A DNA stretch of 64,000 nucleotides, from IMG/VR virus record IMGVR_UViG_3300036770_007495, positions 62,001 to 126,000 of that record. One strand, written 5' to 3'. This document shows positions 44,589-55,533 of this stretch, one piece after another. Position 1 is the stretch's first letter, and every line of letters begins with the position of its first letter. The position numbers and the translations under genes are program-made. Under the pieces are notes generated by a model. It was not told where the DNA came from, did no database searches, and saw only the letters and a program-made list of their open reading frames with translations.

Positions 44589-45128
44589 TTATTTGATTGC
44601 TTGTACATTTAAGCTCATGAGCTTGCCTGTTTCCTTTTCAAGATGCGGAATATATGATTGACTGAAGTCATCAATGTGTGAATGTTCAGTATTTCTCCAA
44701 TCATATCTTTCTACAACTGAAAAACCTACATCCACGAGATCTTTTTTGAGATGTGCAAAATCCCAACACCAGTGGTGAAAATTTTCGTTGTAGTCTTGAC
44801 CACCATACATCATGCCTCTTATTGCATTCAAATCTCCTGTTTTGCTATAATAATTAACAATTGCTTCAAAGTCAGGAACTGCAACTCTAAGTATGCCACC
44901 AGGTTTTAAAATTTCATGCCATCGTTTGAGTACATCTTTGTATTCCCAGCGTGAAAAATGTTCCAAAACATGAGAAGCATATATTGTACATACAGAAGCC
45001 AATTTATAGCTTCTAAGATATTTTATGTTATCAACTGCATCAACGCCGGGTATATATCTCACGTCAATGTTAGTATACCCTTCAATGTGTTTGTTGCCGC
45101 AGCCTAAGTGTAATTTTATATTATTCAT
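44589..45128 (-). CDS. SAM-dependent methyltransferase
   Basis: LHLGCG; SHVLEH; LKPGG. Confidence 0.85.
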   Translation of the reverse strand: MNNIKLHLGCGNKHIEGYTNIDVRYIPGVDAVDNIKYLRSYKLASVCTIYASHVLEHFSRWEYKDVLKRWHEILKPGGILRVAVPDFEAIVNYYSKTGDLNAIRGMMYGGQDYNENFHHWCWDFAHLKKDLVDVGFSVVERYDWRNTEHSHIDDFSQSYIPHLEKETGKLMSLNVQAIK

Positions 45129-45963
45129 GCGCAATAAAATATTGATTAGGTATGGACATAGCAATGTCTCGCGGCGACCAAACTGTTGTATTTTTGTGGT
45201 AATTAAACCAATACATTGGCGATATAATTGTCGGGGAGTTTCTATTGAGCCATGCTCCCCACCAAGAAAAACTAGATGCAGCAGTAATGCAATGATGCGC
45301 ATTTTTCATAATGCTCAAATCAAGCAGTTTGTTTTCCACTCCAAAAGGAGATATTTTAACATCAAAATTTTCATCAATTAATATTTTGAGTCTATCACTA
45401 TTCTTATTATCTGATATAAAAGCAATGCCAACATCCTCTTTGTTTAGATTGTTTATCTCTAAAATTTTATCAACAGCTCTCTTAAAATACCATGCACTAG
45501 GGATTGGAAATCCATCGCCTAATACATAATCACCCTCTCTGCTGTGTGCACAAATGACTACTTTTTTATCAAAGCTTTTTATAAAGTCATTAGCTTTTTC
45601 ATCAATGGTTTTATCCTTAAAAGAGAAAAAATTCAGAATATCATCTCTGCAATCAATGAAGTATTTGTCTGTTTGAAAATAACCCTCCAATACAGTATTA
45701 TCAGCAACATTAAAAATTTCTGGATTAAATGTCTGTTCAGCACAGCCAGAATCTCTAAAGCAGTGATGAATAACATTTGGTGTCTGCGTTTTGGGCGGCA
45801 GATTAAAAATTTCTAATCCATTGCCGCTTGGAGTACTATCATTACTTGCACCACTCCAGTCTGAATTATACAATTCAAAGCCTCTCTTCTTGCTTACAGC
45901 ATATGCCACAGCCCATTGAAACATATTATTTCCAAAGTTAGACATCCACACGTTACTTATCAT
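45121..45963 (-). CDS. GT11 alpha-1,2-fucosyltransferase-like
   Basis: GN.MFQ; GYFQ; H.R.GDY; SSFSWWGAWL. Confidence 0.85.
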   Translation of the reverse strand: MISNVWMSNFGNNMFQWAVAYAVSKKRGFELYNSDWSGASNDSTPSGNGLEIFNLPPKTQTPNVIHHCFRDSGCAEQTFNPEIFNVADNTVLEGYFQTDKYFIDCRDDILNFFSFKDKTIDEKANDFIKSFDKKVVICAHSREGDYVLGDGFPIPSAWYFKRAVDKILEINNLNKEDVGIAFISDNKNSDRLKILIDENFDVKISPFGVENKLLDLSIMKNAHHCITAASSFSWWGAWLNRNSPTIISPMYWFNYHKNTTVWSPRDIAMSIPNQYFIAHE

Positions 45964-45979
45964 ACGGCTATTTAAAAGG

Positions 45980-47209
45980 TTACATAACTTTAACAACAGG
46001 CATTGGCATAATAAATTTGCCGCTGTATTGACTGTTGTTTTTAATGATAGAATCTGCCATGTTCCAGACAGAGATTATGCAGTAGTCTGTTGGATGTGCA
46101 TTAAAATAATCTCTACTTACAATTTGAATTTTCGATCCAGGTGAAAATCTTCCTTGTTTGAGTGGCGAATCATCAACAACATATTCAACTACAGAGTCAT
46201 CGAGATTAAAAAATTTACTAAATAAAGCAAACTTTGCAGGGCAGCCGTAGCAGCTTATTGTTTTGCCCTGCTGTTTTATTTGCTTGATGAGCTCGTTAAA
46301 TTCTTTTTGCAGCTTCATTATCTTTTCAACAAAATCTGCATAAGTACTCATTTCATGCAACTTTAAGCTATTTTCTTTTTCAATTGCTGCATATACAGTT
46401 TCACTAACAGTAAATTTGCCTGTATGCTTTTTTTGAGCAAAAATTCTAAAAGACCCACCTTGTGTATTCACCATTTGAATATCAAAAATTTCAAGTCCGT
46501 ACTTATTCAAATAACTCACGAGGGGCACTATGCTGAAATACTGCAAATGCTCATGATATACCTGATCAAAATAAAGACCAGTGATAGTATCTAGCAAATA
46601 TGCATTTTCAAATACTAAAATTCCTTCTTTGCTCAAACACTCTGCAATGCCTTCCATTATGCTATCAAGCTGCTTTACATGTGCTAGCACGTTGTTGGCA
46701 CAAACAACATCTACATATCCATGATTGTTTGTGATTTTTTCTGCAACTGCTTTATTAAAAAAATCGTTGTAAATTACAACATCTTCAATTTTAGATGCTC
46801 TACTTACAATATTTTTTGCAGGATCAACTCCAATTAAGTCACTATACCCTATTTGCTTCAATGCATTCAGAAGAATTCCATCATTGCATCCAATCTCGAG
46901 TATTTTAGGTCTAATAAAGTGTGTAAGTTTTTGCTCCAATGATTGTGCATAATCTCTAAAATGTGCAAGGAGTGCAGGTGAATCAGAACTTGAGTAGAGA
47001 TAATTTTCAAACAAAGCTGTTGGTTCAATAGTCTCTTTTAATTGAACATGAAAGCATTCACCACATCTTACAACAGTTAGCGGATAAACTGATTGCATTT
47101 CTTCTCTAGAGACAGGATAAGAATTAGCTAATGCACAGTCTCCAAATGAAATTATGTGTTGCAAATCATCTGATTTACATAGTCTGCAGCATGTAATGTT
47201 TTCAATCAT
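45980..47209 (-). CDS. NDP-hexose C-methyltransferase
   Basis: CRLC..CGEC zinc site; EIGCNDG; YHEH; GGS; DDSPLKQG. Confidence 0.9.
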   Translation of the reverse strand: MIENITCCRLCKSDDLQHIISFGDCALANSYPVSREEMQSVYPLTVVRCGECFHVQLKETIEPTALFENYLYSSSDSPALLAHFRDYAQSLEQKLTHFIRPKILEIGCNDGILLNALKQIGYSDLIGVDPAKNIVSRASKIEDVVIYNDFFNKAVAEKITNNHGYVDVVCANNVLAHVKQLDSIMEGIAECLSKEGILVFENAYLLDTITGLYFDQVYHEHLQYFSIVPLVSYLNKYGLEIFDIQMVNTQGGSFRIFAQKKHTGKFTVSETVYAAIEKENSLKLHEMSTYADFVEKIMKLQKEFNELIKQIKQQGKTISCYGCPAKFALFSKFFNLDDSVVEYVVDDSPLKQGRFSPGSKIQIVSRDYFNAHPTDYCIISVWNMADSIIKNNSQYSGKFIMPMPVVKVM

Positions 47210-48125
47210 AATTAACCTTGTTGTTTCTGCCTGACATTATATATGCAGCTTGTGGATTTTTTAAACTATCAATTATAGTCTTGATGTTGCCTTTGAATTT
47301 GAAGTTGAATGCATTGCAAAATTTTTCGTTTGATGCAGAAAAACTATAAGTGCTGTTTCTGCCTGAGTTGTCATAAACTAGTTCACATTTTAGCTCTTTT
47401 GATGCTCCAATAGCAATGTCACCAATGGTGCTGTTAAAAGAAACAAGATTATACACACCTTTTTTGTCTGCGCTGCCCTCTGAAATAATGATTTGAATAG
47501 CTTCAGATAAATCGCTAATATCCAAAATGGGCCTGTAGTTAGATTGATTCATGCAAAAAATTTTGTTAGAATCTAGCGACGATTTAAACATTGCATTCAA
47601 CATGATGTCATTTCGTATGTTGGCTGACCAGCCACAAACAGTTCCAAAGCGTAGTGCATAGTACTCAATATTTTTTGTTATTGCAGCATAATAATCAATC
47701 TCCTGTTTGGAGAGATCATAATAGTTGTGCGGTGAAAAACATGCATCAGACTCTTGAGAAACTCTATCATGACAACTGCCATAAACACTTGAACTGCTAG
47801 CATATATTAGCTTAATTTGTTTCTGATCAGATACGTTGCTAATTTTTTGCAGCAAACTGCAAAAATTTCTAACATTGTTGTTGAGCGTAGGCAACATATT
47901 ATCGATGCACATGCCAACACTTGAGTGACCAGCAAGCAAAATTATTACATCATAGTTAAGAATAAATGTCTCTTCAATGCTTGCAAAATCCTGTTTAATG
48001 TTTTGCATGTTTACAACATTTCCAAACCACTCTAAGTCGAGAGTATCAACAATGTATTTTTGATGCAGATCAAAAAATAGCCTGCTTCCAATGTAGCCTG
48101 TTCCACCAATTATTAGGATTTTCAT
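47202..48125 (-). CDS. NAD-dependent epimerase/dehydratase
   Basis: GGTGYIGS; SSSSVYG; Y..SK. Confidence 0.85.
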   Translation of the reverse strand: MKILIIGGTGYIGSRLFFDLHQKYIVDTLDLEWFGNVVNMQNIKQDFASIEETFILNYDVIILLAGHSSVGMCIDNMLPTLNNNVRNFCSLLQKISNVSDQKQIKLIYASSSSVYGSCHDRVSQESDACFSPHNYYDLSKQEIDYYAAITKNIEYYALRFGTVCGWSANIRNDIMLNAMFKSSLDSNKIFCMNQSNYRPILDISDLSEAIQIIISEGSADKKGVYNLVSFNSTIGDIAIGASKELKCELVYDNSGRNSTYSFSASNEKFCNAFNFKFKGNIKTIIDSLKNPQAAYIMSGRNNKVNYD

Positions 48126-48907
48126 ACATTTATAAAGTATTGAGAATAGCGCTGCATATTATTTTGCACAGTTTGCGGCATATTTTCTAATGCATCATAT
48201 CCTCTAAATTTCATACCACTTGAACGCTCAATTGGATCTGATAAAGTTTCAAATCGCTTCTCAATGTCTTGCATTGTCATATGCACCCACTCTGTATGCG
48301 CAAAGCTTTGCAATTTGCTAAAGATGTATTCAGGTCCACCTGTATAAGAGAAGTGCCAACCGCCATCTGCAACAAATGGAATCTTATTTCGTGATCTAAT
48401 CGCAGCATCATAGATGCAACCTTGCGCTTTTAATAGCTTGTAGGGGCTCATGTATGTGCCTGGCCAATCTGTACTTGCCTCTCCAAATTTTGTATTGAAA
48501 TAGAGGTAATAAAGTTGCTGTAAAAAATGAACATCTGTATCAAGTGAATGGTGCAATTCGCGTATGCGTGCAGGTTTTGGAATCTCATCAACTGCACTAA
48601 TCATAATGAGATCATCATCAGATGCACTTTCTAGTCCACGAGCAATGCAGTTAAAAGCATGAGATTCATTGCTCCATGAATTGTCTTGTGATTCAGTAGC
48701 AGGCACTACTACATGAATAATTTTATCTGCAAAATTATCAAAGATGTGTTTATTTTTTTCAAAATAAAGTTCTTTATCTTTGTTTTGCCATGTCCTTTCA
48801 CCCTCAACTAAAACAAATTTATCTACTACATCATTTAATTCATTGAGTCTAAGCTCAAGAAGATGCAGCTCATTAAAGAATGTAAAGCAATCATAAATTC
48901 TTCGCAT
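48122..48907 (-). CDS. GT17 N-acetylglucosaminyltransferase-like
   Basis: YDCFTFFNE; VDEIP; GGWHFS. Confidence 0.85.
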   Translation of the reverse strand: MRRIYDCFTFFNELHLLELRLNELNDVVDKFVLVEGERTWQNKDKELYFEKNKHIFDNFADKIIHVVVPATESQDNSWSNESHAFNCIARGLESASDDDLIMISAVDEIPKPARIRELHHSLDTDVHFLQQLYYLYFNTKFGEASTDWPGTYMSPYKLLKAQGCIYDAAIRSRNKIPFVADGGWHFSYTGGPEYIFSKLQSFAHTEWVHMTMQDIEKRFETLSDPIERSSGMKFRGYDALENMPQTVQNNMQRYSQYFINV

Positions 48908-48909
48908 AA

Positions 48910-49521
48910 TTATTTTTTGAGTATGCAGGTTAAGCTATCTGCATTTGTGTAGAGAATGTTCATATACTGACACTCAAACGAATTGCTGTCGAGCATAATT
49001 TTAAAAATGGAGTTGAGTGTAGAATTTTCAGCCTGTTTATCACAATGAATATCTTCAATTATGTAAATATCACCAATTCTTAGTTTTGGCCAAATGTGTC
49101 TGAATGTAAATTGCTGATGCTCATTGAAATGACTACCATCATCAACTACAACTTCAAAAGATTTCCACTCGTCAAATATACTATCCAATACATTTGCATC
49201 AACTTGACTACCCTGTTTTAAGATGATGTTATCTGGATTTGGCCATCCACCGCCTTCAACTCCTTGTGGTCTGCTTTTGTCTATATGATCAAGAGTGATG
49301 TCAAGACCCACGATGGTCCCGTTCTTGAAGTATTCCTGCCACATACACAAGGATGCTCCCTTTGCAATGCCAATTTCAAGTAGTTTTATAGGTGCATCTC
49401 TCAAATGGGAGAGAAACAAATCATACACAGGAGCGTACATGTGACCTGCTCCAGGTATCTTATCGAAGAAGTTAGTACCTTTGTCTGTGAGGTACTTGTC
49501 AGCGAGTTCAAGCAGGTTCAT
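48910..49521 (-). CDS. sugar O-methyltransferase
   Basis: TDK; LLEIGI..G.SL..W; DDGSH; YIIED. Confidence 0.85.
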   Translation of the reverse strand: MNLLELADKYLTDKGTNFFDKIPGAGHMYAPVYDLFLSHLRDAPIKLLEIGIAKGASLCMWQEYFKNGTIVGLDITLDHIDKSRPQGVEGGGWPNPDNIILKQGSQVDANVLDSIFDEWKSFEVVVDDGSHFNEHQQFTFRHIWPKLRIGDIYIIEDIHCDKQAENSTLNSIFKIMLDSNSFECQYMNILYTNADSLTCILKK

Positions 49522-50119
49522 AAATGATAATTATTCTGCGACCAAGATTTGTATCTTCTGCAGTATATTTTGGATTAATTGATTGTATGCCATTGATGAA
49601 TTGCTCCATTGTTGGCCATCCCGGTCCACCAATATCAACACAATCATCAACAATGATGACATGATCATTTCTATTGGAGTATTTTTTGATTGCTTCAAAC
49701 TCACTCATCACTGGAGATTGCGTTGGTGTATGAGCATCAAGCAACATTACAAATCGTTCATCTGGATGTTTGCTGAGAATATCTTTCAAGAAAGATGCAG
49801 AATCAGCATTGTAAAAATCAATGTTGTTGTATTGCTTTTTGAGTGCTGTGTATCTTTCCAAAAGATCAATTGATGTGTAACTGTTGTTGGTAATATATTG
49901 CTCTACTGTCGAAACTCTGCCAAAATGCTCAGCAAAAATTGTAGCAGTATCACCCTCAAATGTACCCAATTCAATTGCATGTTCAATAGTATGCAAGTCA
50001 ATTGTGTCTCTGTAGTTGTATAGTACCTGAGCAAATACATTTGGTACATCAACTACACCAGGCTTGCCGTTAACACGGCTCCATCTTTCATCTTGTTTGT
50101 TGTATGTTATGAATTTCAT
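49508..50119 (-). CDS. class I methyltransferase
   Basis: IELGT.EG.T; LDAH; IVDD. Confidence 0.75.
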   Translation of the reverse strand: MKFITYNKQDERWSRVNGKPGVVDVPNVFAQVLYNYRDTIDLHTIEHAIELGTFEGDTATIFAEHFGRVSTVEQYITNNSYTSIDLLERYTALKKQYNNIDFYNADSASFLKDILSKHPDERFVMLLDAHTPTQSPVMSEFEAIKKYSNRNDHVIIVDDCVDIGGPGWPTMEQFINGIQSINPKYTAEDTNLGRRIIIIYEPA

Positions 50120-51111
50120 TTCCAGTATGAGTAAATGTTTTTATCAATTTCGTATTTCATCTGCTTCACTTCACGATCAGGCTGCTGCAATGCCCATGCA
50201 AACATTTTTTCAACCAATTGCTCCAGATTGGTATGATCTTTGAAGTTGAGCATTTGCTTTGCTTTGGTGTGATCACAAAAGGCATGCTTCACTTCATGTC
50301 TGCCTTCTACATGTTGAATTTCAACATTCAGACTAAACTTGCTTGCAACTTTTTGAACAATGGCTGCAGCTTCATTCAAAGTATATTCTTTGTCTGCACC
50401 AATGTTGAATGTCTCATTGTCAAAATCAGTTGCAAGCTTTTTGAGCGGAATCAAATAATCATCAATGTCTGAAAATGCACGGCGTTGTTCACCGTCCCCA
50501 TAAACTAAAATGGGCTGCTTCTGCATGGCTCTGCGAATCCAAATGCCAATGACGTTTCTGTATTTGTCCCAAATGTTTTGATTGATGCCCAGCACATTGT
50601 GTGGTCTAACAATGTTGTATCTCAAACCAAACTGATCATGCGCTTGCTTGATGTCTTGCTCCACTGTGTATTTTGCAATGCCATATGGATCAACAGGAGC
50701 AGGTGTCATGCTTTCTGTGAATGGTGCTGGCTGGCCACCATATACTGCCATGGATGATGTAAAAATTAGCTTTGCATCACGCTTGATGCACTCATTGACT
50801 ACATTCACAGAAGCAATCACATTGTTCTCATAATTGAATTTGCGAATAAAAGGAGACAATCCTTCAGCAGCATATGCAGCGAAATGGTATACAACATCTG
50901 GATTATACAAATTAAAGTAATGCTCTACTTTGTCAGCATCCACAAGATCAACGCAAGAGTACCTGACATTTTCAGGAATGAATTCTGTATAACCACCAAA
51001 AAAATTGTCTAAACCACACACATGATATTCTTTTTCATGCATGCGGTTTTGCAAGAAATTAGCAAAGTTTGATCCAATCAAACCACCTACACCAGTAATC
51101 AGGATTCTCAT
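50116..51111 (-). CDS. NAD-dependent sugar epimerase
   Basis: G.GGLIGS; SS.AVYG; YGIAK; GDGEQ.R.F. Confidence 0.88.
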   Translation of the reverse strand: MRILITGVGGLIGSNFANFLQNRMHEKEYHVCGLDNFFGGYTEFIPENVRYSCVDLVDADKVEHYFNLYNPDVVYHFAAYAAEGLSPFIRKFNYENNVIASVNVVNECIKRDAKLIFTSSMAVYGGQPAPFTESMTPAPVDPYGIAKYTVEQDIKQAHDQFGLRYNIVRPHNVLGINQNIWDKYRNVIGIWIRRAMQKQPILVYGDGEQRRAFSDIDDYLIPLKKLATDFDNETFNIGADKEYTLNEAAAIVQKVASKFSLNVEIQHVEGRHEVKHAFCDHTKAKQMLNFKDHTNLEQLVEKMFAWALQQPDREVKQMKYEIDKNIYSYWK

Positions 51112-51809
51112 AATGAATTATTGAAAGCTTGCCAGTCTGTAAAAGGAGAAAGCTGAAATGCATTCATGTGAGTTGTACAGCCTGGCATAGGTGTATATAA
51201 TCTTATTTCAGAATTTATCAAGTGCCTAAAAAATGCCCTATCCTCAAGCAAGTATTGTTTGGCAGTCTGCACCATTTGCTTGCCCCACCCATCACCTTTT
51301 GTTGCCCATGTGCATGTGGTGCTTTCTGCAGTTCTCCAATGACAAGTGGATCCCAATGCAATTGATTCTTGCTGAAATGTTGCATCATCTGTCCGCATGT
51401 ATCGATCCGTGTGATCATAACCCGTCACAAGACTAAAGCGCTCAATGCCATCTTGTATCATGCTCAGGCTGTGCGGCAGATGCAGATAATCGTCTTCAAC
51501 AAAGTACACATCTCTACCACTAAACTCATTCAAGTAAATGTCATAAACTTGCGATAAACAAGCTGCATTGCCATTAGCATTGATCTGTCTTGCATTTACA
51601 TGCTTGAATGTTTCAATGTATTCTGAGAGTTCTCCACGCGGACCATCTACAATTACATGCATTTCATACTGACCACCTTGCTGCTGTGAAGCATAAAAAG
51701 CGTCCATTATGCTTTTGAAACACTTTTGTTTGCTAAACCATGATGGTCTGTTAGACTTAAAAGTGCTTGCGTCTAATTCGTAATTTGATGCTCTATAAAG
51801 AATAATCAT
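51108..51809 (-). CDS. GT-A fold glycosyltransferase
   Basis: VYFVEDDYLH. Confidence 0.65.
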   Translation of the reverse strand: MIILYRASNYELDASTFKSNRPSWFSKQKCFKSIMDAFYASQQQGGQYEMHVIVDGPRGELSEYIETFKHVNARQINANGNAACLSQVYDIYLNEFSGRDVYFVEDDYLHLPHSLSMIQDGIERFSLVTGYDHTDRYMRTDDATFQQESIALGSTCHWRTAESTTCTWATKGDGWGKQMVQTAKQYLLEDRAFFRHLINSEIRLYTPMPGCTTHMNAFQLSPFTDWQAFNNSL

Positions 51810-52446
51810 GTATTAATCCCTTGTTGCCATGAAAGCCAAATGTTGCTGTTTTATCTATCAGAGGATCCTGTGAAAATAAATCTGCTACGTGTTCGGGTGC
51901 ATAAACCACCCCATGTGCTTCAAAATGATCTCTATTATTATTGCATACATATGCATCTTCTGGGCCAGTAAAATCTTGTGGTGCAGATGCACACAAATCA
52001 ATCAATTTTTTGCTTCGAAAACTAAAGCCGCCATTACCAACAGGATTTACACCTTGTGGTCCTCTTTCTTTGATGTGTGAATAAATCCACTGGCAGTGAT
52101 ATGCAAGTCGATTTCTGTCCCATTTTGCGCCAATATAATCGTATTTAAAAAATTCATCATTCCATTTATTAGCATTAATTACAAATCCATCTGTCTGTAC
52201 AATTAGACAAAAATCAGTATCAACCACACTAGATAAGTTTCGCACTATAAATTGGTTGTATTGCTCGTAATTGAAAGATGGTATTTTAAACAACTCATGG
52301 TTGCATGCTCTAGTTGGTTTAGTTGATGTAAATACTTTGCTGGCACCAAATTTTATGTTCTGGCAACAGATATCTAAAACCTTGACTGCGTCATCTGGTT
52401 TTGCAGGCTCAACTATTAGTAGTGTTACATTTGAAAGATTAATCAT
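51793..52446 (-). CDS. DUF5672-like glycosyltransferase
   Basis: Q.DG; YDYIGA.W; VGNGGFS.RS; ED; FGFH. Confidence 0.75.
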   Translation of the reverse strand: MINLSNVTLLIVEPAKPDDAVKVLDICCQNIKFGASKVFTSTKPTRACNHELFKIPSFNYEQYNQFIVRNLSSVVDTDFCLIVQTDGFVINANKWNDEFFKYDYIGAKWDRNRLAYHCQWIYSHIKERGPQGVNPVGNGGFSFRSKKLIDLCASAPQDFTGPEDAYVCNNNRDHFEAHGVVYAPEHVADLFSQDPLIDKTATFGFHGNKGLIHDYSL

Positions 52447-53110
52447 GATATATCCACGGCTTGCTAAATAGATTTTTGATATGAAAATAGTTTGATGGCT
52501 TCCACTTGGAATACATGTGCAAATCTCTTGACGTATCTAATTTTTCAATGATGTAGTTCAACGAGGTTTCGACTGTATGAATTGTGTGAGCTTTCTGTAT
52601 CACTTTACACCAATCCAACAAAGTAAAATCTGCTAAATTTAACATGCATACTTCTTGCATACCTTCGCAGTCTGCATTTCTTGCTGCTTCACAAATTTGC
52701 GTATGAGGCGGTGAAGCAAAATGAAAATTCTTTAGCACATATGGTGTATCATCATGCAACTCTAGAACATCATAGAACAATTGATTCTCTTTGCATTCAT
52801 TGCGTTTAAAATCAAAGTACTTGCACCAATCTGCATAGCGCAAATCAACAAGCTTGTACTTTGCTTCCATGACAGACATGCCAGGAAACAATCTATCTGC
52901 TTCTTGCAGAGGCAAAATAGCATCATAGTTGCATTGTAGTGGCTCTTTGACATCGCAAAAAGTTATTCCTTCAATGTAGTCTTTGATCCAGAGAAATTCT
53001 GGAATTACTGGCCACACAACCTCATAATTTTGCTGACGCAACTTGTGTGCAATTTTTTGGCAAAAGAAAATGTCTCCAATGCCTGCAGGTTGCTTAATGA
53101 GCGCTTTCAT
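52439..53110 (-). CDS. putative glycosyltransferase
   Basis: GIGDI N-terminus; island context. Confidence 0.5.
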   Translation of the reverse strand: MKALIKQPAGIGDIFFCQKIAHKLRQQNYEVVWPVIPEFLWIKDYIEGITFCDVKEPLQCNYDAILPLQEADRLFPGMSVMEAKYKLVDLRYADWCKYFDFKRNECKENQLFYDVLELHDDTPYVLKNFHFASPPHTQICEAARNADCEGMQEVCMLNLADFTLLDWCKVIQKAHTIHTVETSLNYIIEKLDTSRDLHMYSKWKPSNYFHIKNLFSKPWIYHD

Positions 53111-53931
53111 CAATTGAACACAAAAGGATAATTGAGATACATCCAATCTTCTGGAATGCGATATTTCTCAACAAGTTCAAAATTTTTGTTGATGGCGTCA
53201 ATTCTGGTTTGATACAGATTAGCACCATCAAATCTAATTGCTTCAAGAATTTCTTCCAAAGTTGTGAGTTTATCAAAGAACAAAATGCCATCACCATCAA
53301 AGTGATCGCAAATGGATCTATCACCCCAGAAAATAGGAATGGTTTTGGTTGCAAAGCAATCTACAATCTTCTCTGTCCAATACCCGGGCTGAATTGAGTT
53401 TTCAATGGTGATGGAGAAGTAATATGCATCCAATGCTTCACGCTTGCTTTCAACTGGCTTGTAGCCATAACCAAATACATCCACATCATCATATTGGCTC
53501 TGAATAATCTTGTGCCGCATCTGATGACCAGTGGTGAAATTTTTGCTTGATGCAATGATGGAGCACAATTTGGATTTTTCCGTTGTAGTTGGCTCTCCAT
53601 TGATCCAGCATCTGCCATGCGGATAATACAAGAAGTTTTCACCTCGCTCAATGAGATCTGTATCAAAGGTGAATACAAAATCAAACAACTTGTTGTTTTG
53701 CTCAATCCATTGATACACCTGAGGATGAATGGCGCGTGGCTCAAGAATCCAAGCAATTTTGCGCTTTACATTTTTTGCCTTTGCAACATCCGGCAAGCAC
53801 AAATCAGTAATGAAGCAGCTTTTGCTTGCTGGTACATTGCCAAATTCCCACTGCACATATTTGTTGACGCCTTTGTGGCATGATGAAGGCTCACCGCCAA
53901 AATTTTTGTCTCTGATGTTAATTTTTACCAT
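53110..53931 (-). CDS. GT10 fucosyltransferase-like
   Basis: Y.FSI.IENS..GY.TEKI.D.F...IPI.WG. Confidence 0.85.
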   Translation of the reverse strand: MVKINIRDKNFGGEPSSCHKGVNKYVQWEFGNVPASKSCFITDLCLPDVAKAKNVKRKIAWILEPRAIHPQVYQWIEQNNKLFDFVFTFDTDLIERGENFLYYPHGRCWINGEPTTTEKSKLCSIIASSKNFTTGHQMRHKIIQSQYDDVDVFGYGYKPVESKREALDAYYFSITIENSIQPGYWTEKIVDCFATKTIPIFWGDRSICDHFDGDGILFFDKLTTLEEILEAIRFDGANLYQTRIDAINKNFELVEKYRIPEDWMYLNYPFVFN

Positions 53932-54725
53932 TGTTTTATATATCTCTCCATGTGTTGTTTATCAAGGCTCTCTACAAATTGAACAATTGCTTCATTTTGC
54001 TTGTAATGCTCGTGAGTGGATTTGTTAACACTAACATCACAGTGTGGGAGATGATACAAGTGATGATCAGCAATGCCGCTCTTGGTGACATTCATTCCCA
54101 AAATGCGCGCTCTTGAAATAACCTCATTATCTTCATATCCCCAACCAACAAAGAATGGATTAAAACCATTCATTCGTTTGAATGATTCTTGTGTCATAAC
54201 AAGACAGCCGCCAACAGCTTTTGTATTTCCAAGAAGAGCATATTTGTTTGCATTGTTAGTAAACAATTGCATGTCTTTGATTTTGCTATGAAGGTCACTC
54301 ACTTCAAGTGTTTGCAAAAACTGTTCTTCACCTGCTTCTGTCATGTAAAACGCACAGCCATTGTATCCAATCAGACACTCAAGAGTGTTATTCTCATATG
54401 CAGCATTAATACATTCAAGTAGTTTGCCACAATCAACAATGATATCAACATCCAAGAATACTAGAATAGTTGTATCAGCTAGCTTGGCTCCAAGGTTATA
54501 GCCAACACACTTTTTAACCAACCCATGGTTTTGAAAGTATTTGTATCTATCTTTTGCTTCAAGTGGCAAGTCTAACCAACCTTCTGGATCATCTTCAACA
54601 AATACAAACTTACAACCAGGCAAATGCTTTTTATAATAAGCAAAGATGGTTTCAATGTTCTTTTCACGTGCTTCATTGTCAATTCTTATATGACAAATGA
54701 AAGTAATGTCTTTTGCTGTGATCAT
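53925..54725 (-). CDS. GT2/GT7C glycosyltransferase
   Basis: FLDVD; GG; GFN..F.GWGYED; H..H. Confidence 0.8.
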   Translation of the reverse strand: MITAKDITFICHIRIDNEAREKNIETIFAYYKKHLPGCKFVFVEDDPEGWLDLPLEAKDRYKYFQNHGLVKKCVGYNLGAKLADTTILVFLDVDIIVDCGKLLECINAAYENNTLECLIGYNGCAFYMTEAGEEQFLQTLEVSDLHSKIKDMQLFTNNANKYALLGNTKAVGGCLVMTQESFKRMNGFNPFFVGWGYEDNEVISRARILGMNVTKSGIADHHLYHLPHCDVSVNKSTHEHYKQNEAIVQFVESLDKQHMERYIKQW

Positions 54726-55504
54726 TGTTGTTTGTTGATTAATTTTTTCAATTTTGATTTGACTTGATCAAAGCTTGCATCAGGCACTTGCACTGGGCTG
54801 ATTCCTTCAAGTTCAATGAATCTTTTAAAGCCTTTTTGAATATTGTCTTGCCAATCTTTGCGTGGCCTGATTGCACTGTTGTGTTCAGAGCAGGCTTGTT
54901 CTTCAATGTAATCAAGACTATTTGCCAAATCTGGCCACCACCAATATTCTACACAAAAATCTTGTTTGCAAAGCAAATAAGAGTGGTGAACATGCTCAAA
55001 TGCATTGTGAAACGTTGTATCAAACAATCCGACTGATTCAAGAGATTGTTTGGTATACATGCACATAGCACCCACACAATGCTGATTGAGTGCAATTTTT
55101 AACCCAGTTGAGTATTCAATGCTGACTCGAGGATGTGGTGGTCCGCCAGAGATGCCATTTTTGTTAGCAGGTCCATGATATGCAAACATCATGTGCTGAA
55201 TTCCTGTAATTTTGCTTGCTGCAATGTAGGCGTCAAAAATATCTTCACGCTTTATGAGCATGTCATCTTCTATGATGAACAAATAGTCACAATTTTTTTC
55301 AAGCAAATGCTTCATTGCTGCATTTTTTGCAACACCAACTCCGCTGCCATTTGTTTTGATGATGTGTGCAGAAATTTCTTGGGTTAAATCTTCTCCATCA
55401 TTCACAACAACCAATTCATCAATTTTGTGAGCGGGTATGCTGCCTAGACACTTGCTGAACATTGATTGTCTGTTGCATGTAATAATTGCTACACCGATTT
55501 TCAT
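54722..55504 (-). CDS. GT2 glycosyltransferase
   Basis: IITCNR; VVNDG; IEDD; G.FD. Confidence 0.8.
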   Translation of the reverse strand: MKIGVAIITCNRQSMFSKCLGSIPAHKIDELVVVNDGEDLTQEISAHIIKTNGSGVGVAKNAAMKHLLEKNCDYLFIIEDDMLIKREDIFDAYIAASKITGIQHMMFAYHGPANKNGISGGPPHPRVSIEYSTGLKIALNQHCVGAMCMYTKQSLESVGLFDTTFHNAFEHVHHSYLLCKQDFCVEYWWWPDLANSLDYIEEQACSEHNSAIRPRKDWQDNIQKGFKRFIELEGISPVQVPDASFDQVKSKLKKLINKQQ

Positions 55505-55533
55505 TCCCTGTAATATAGCATAAATACATGTAA

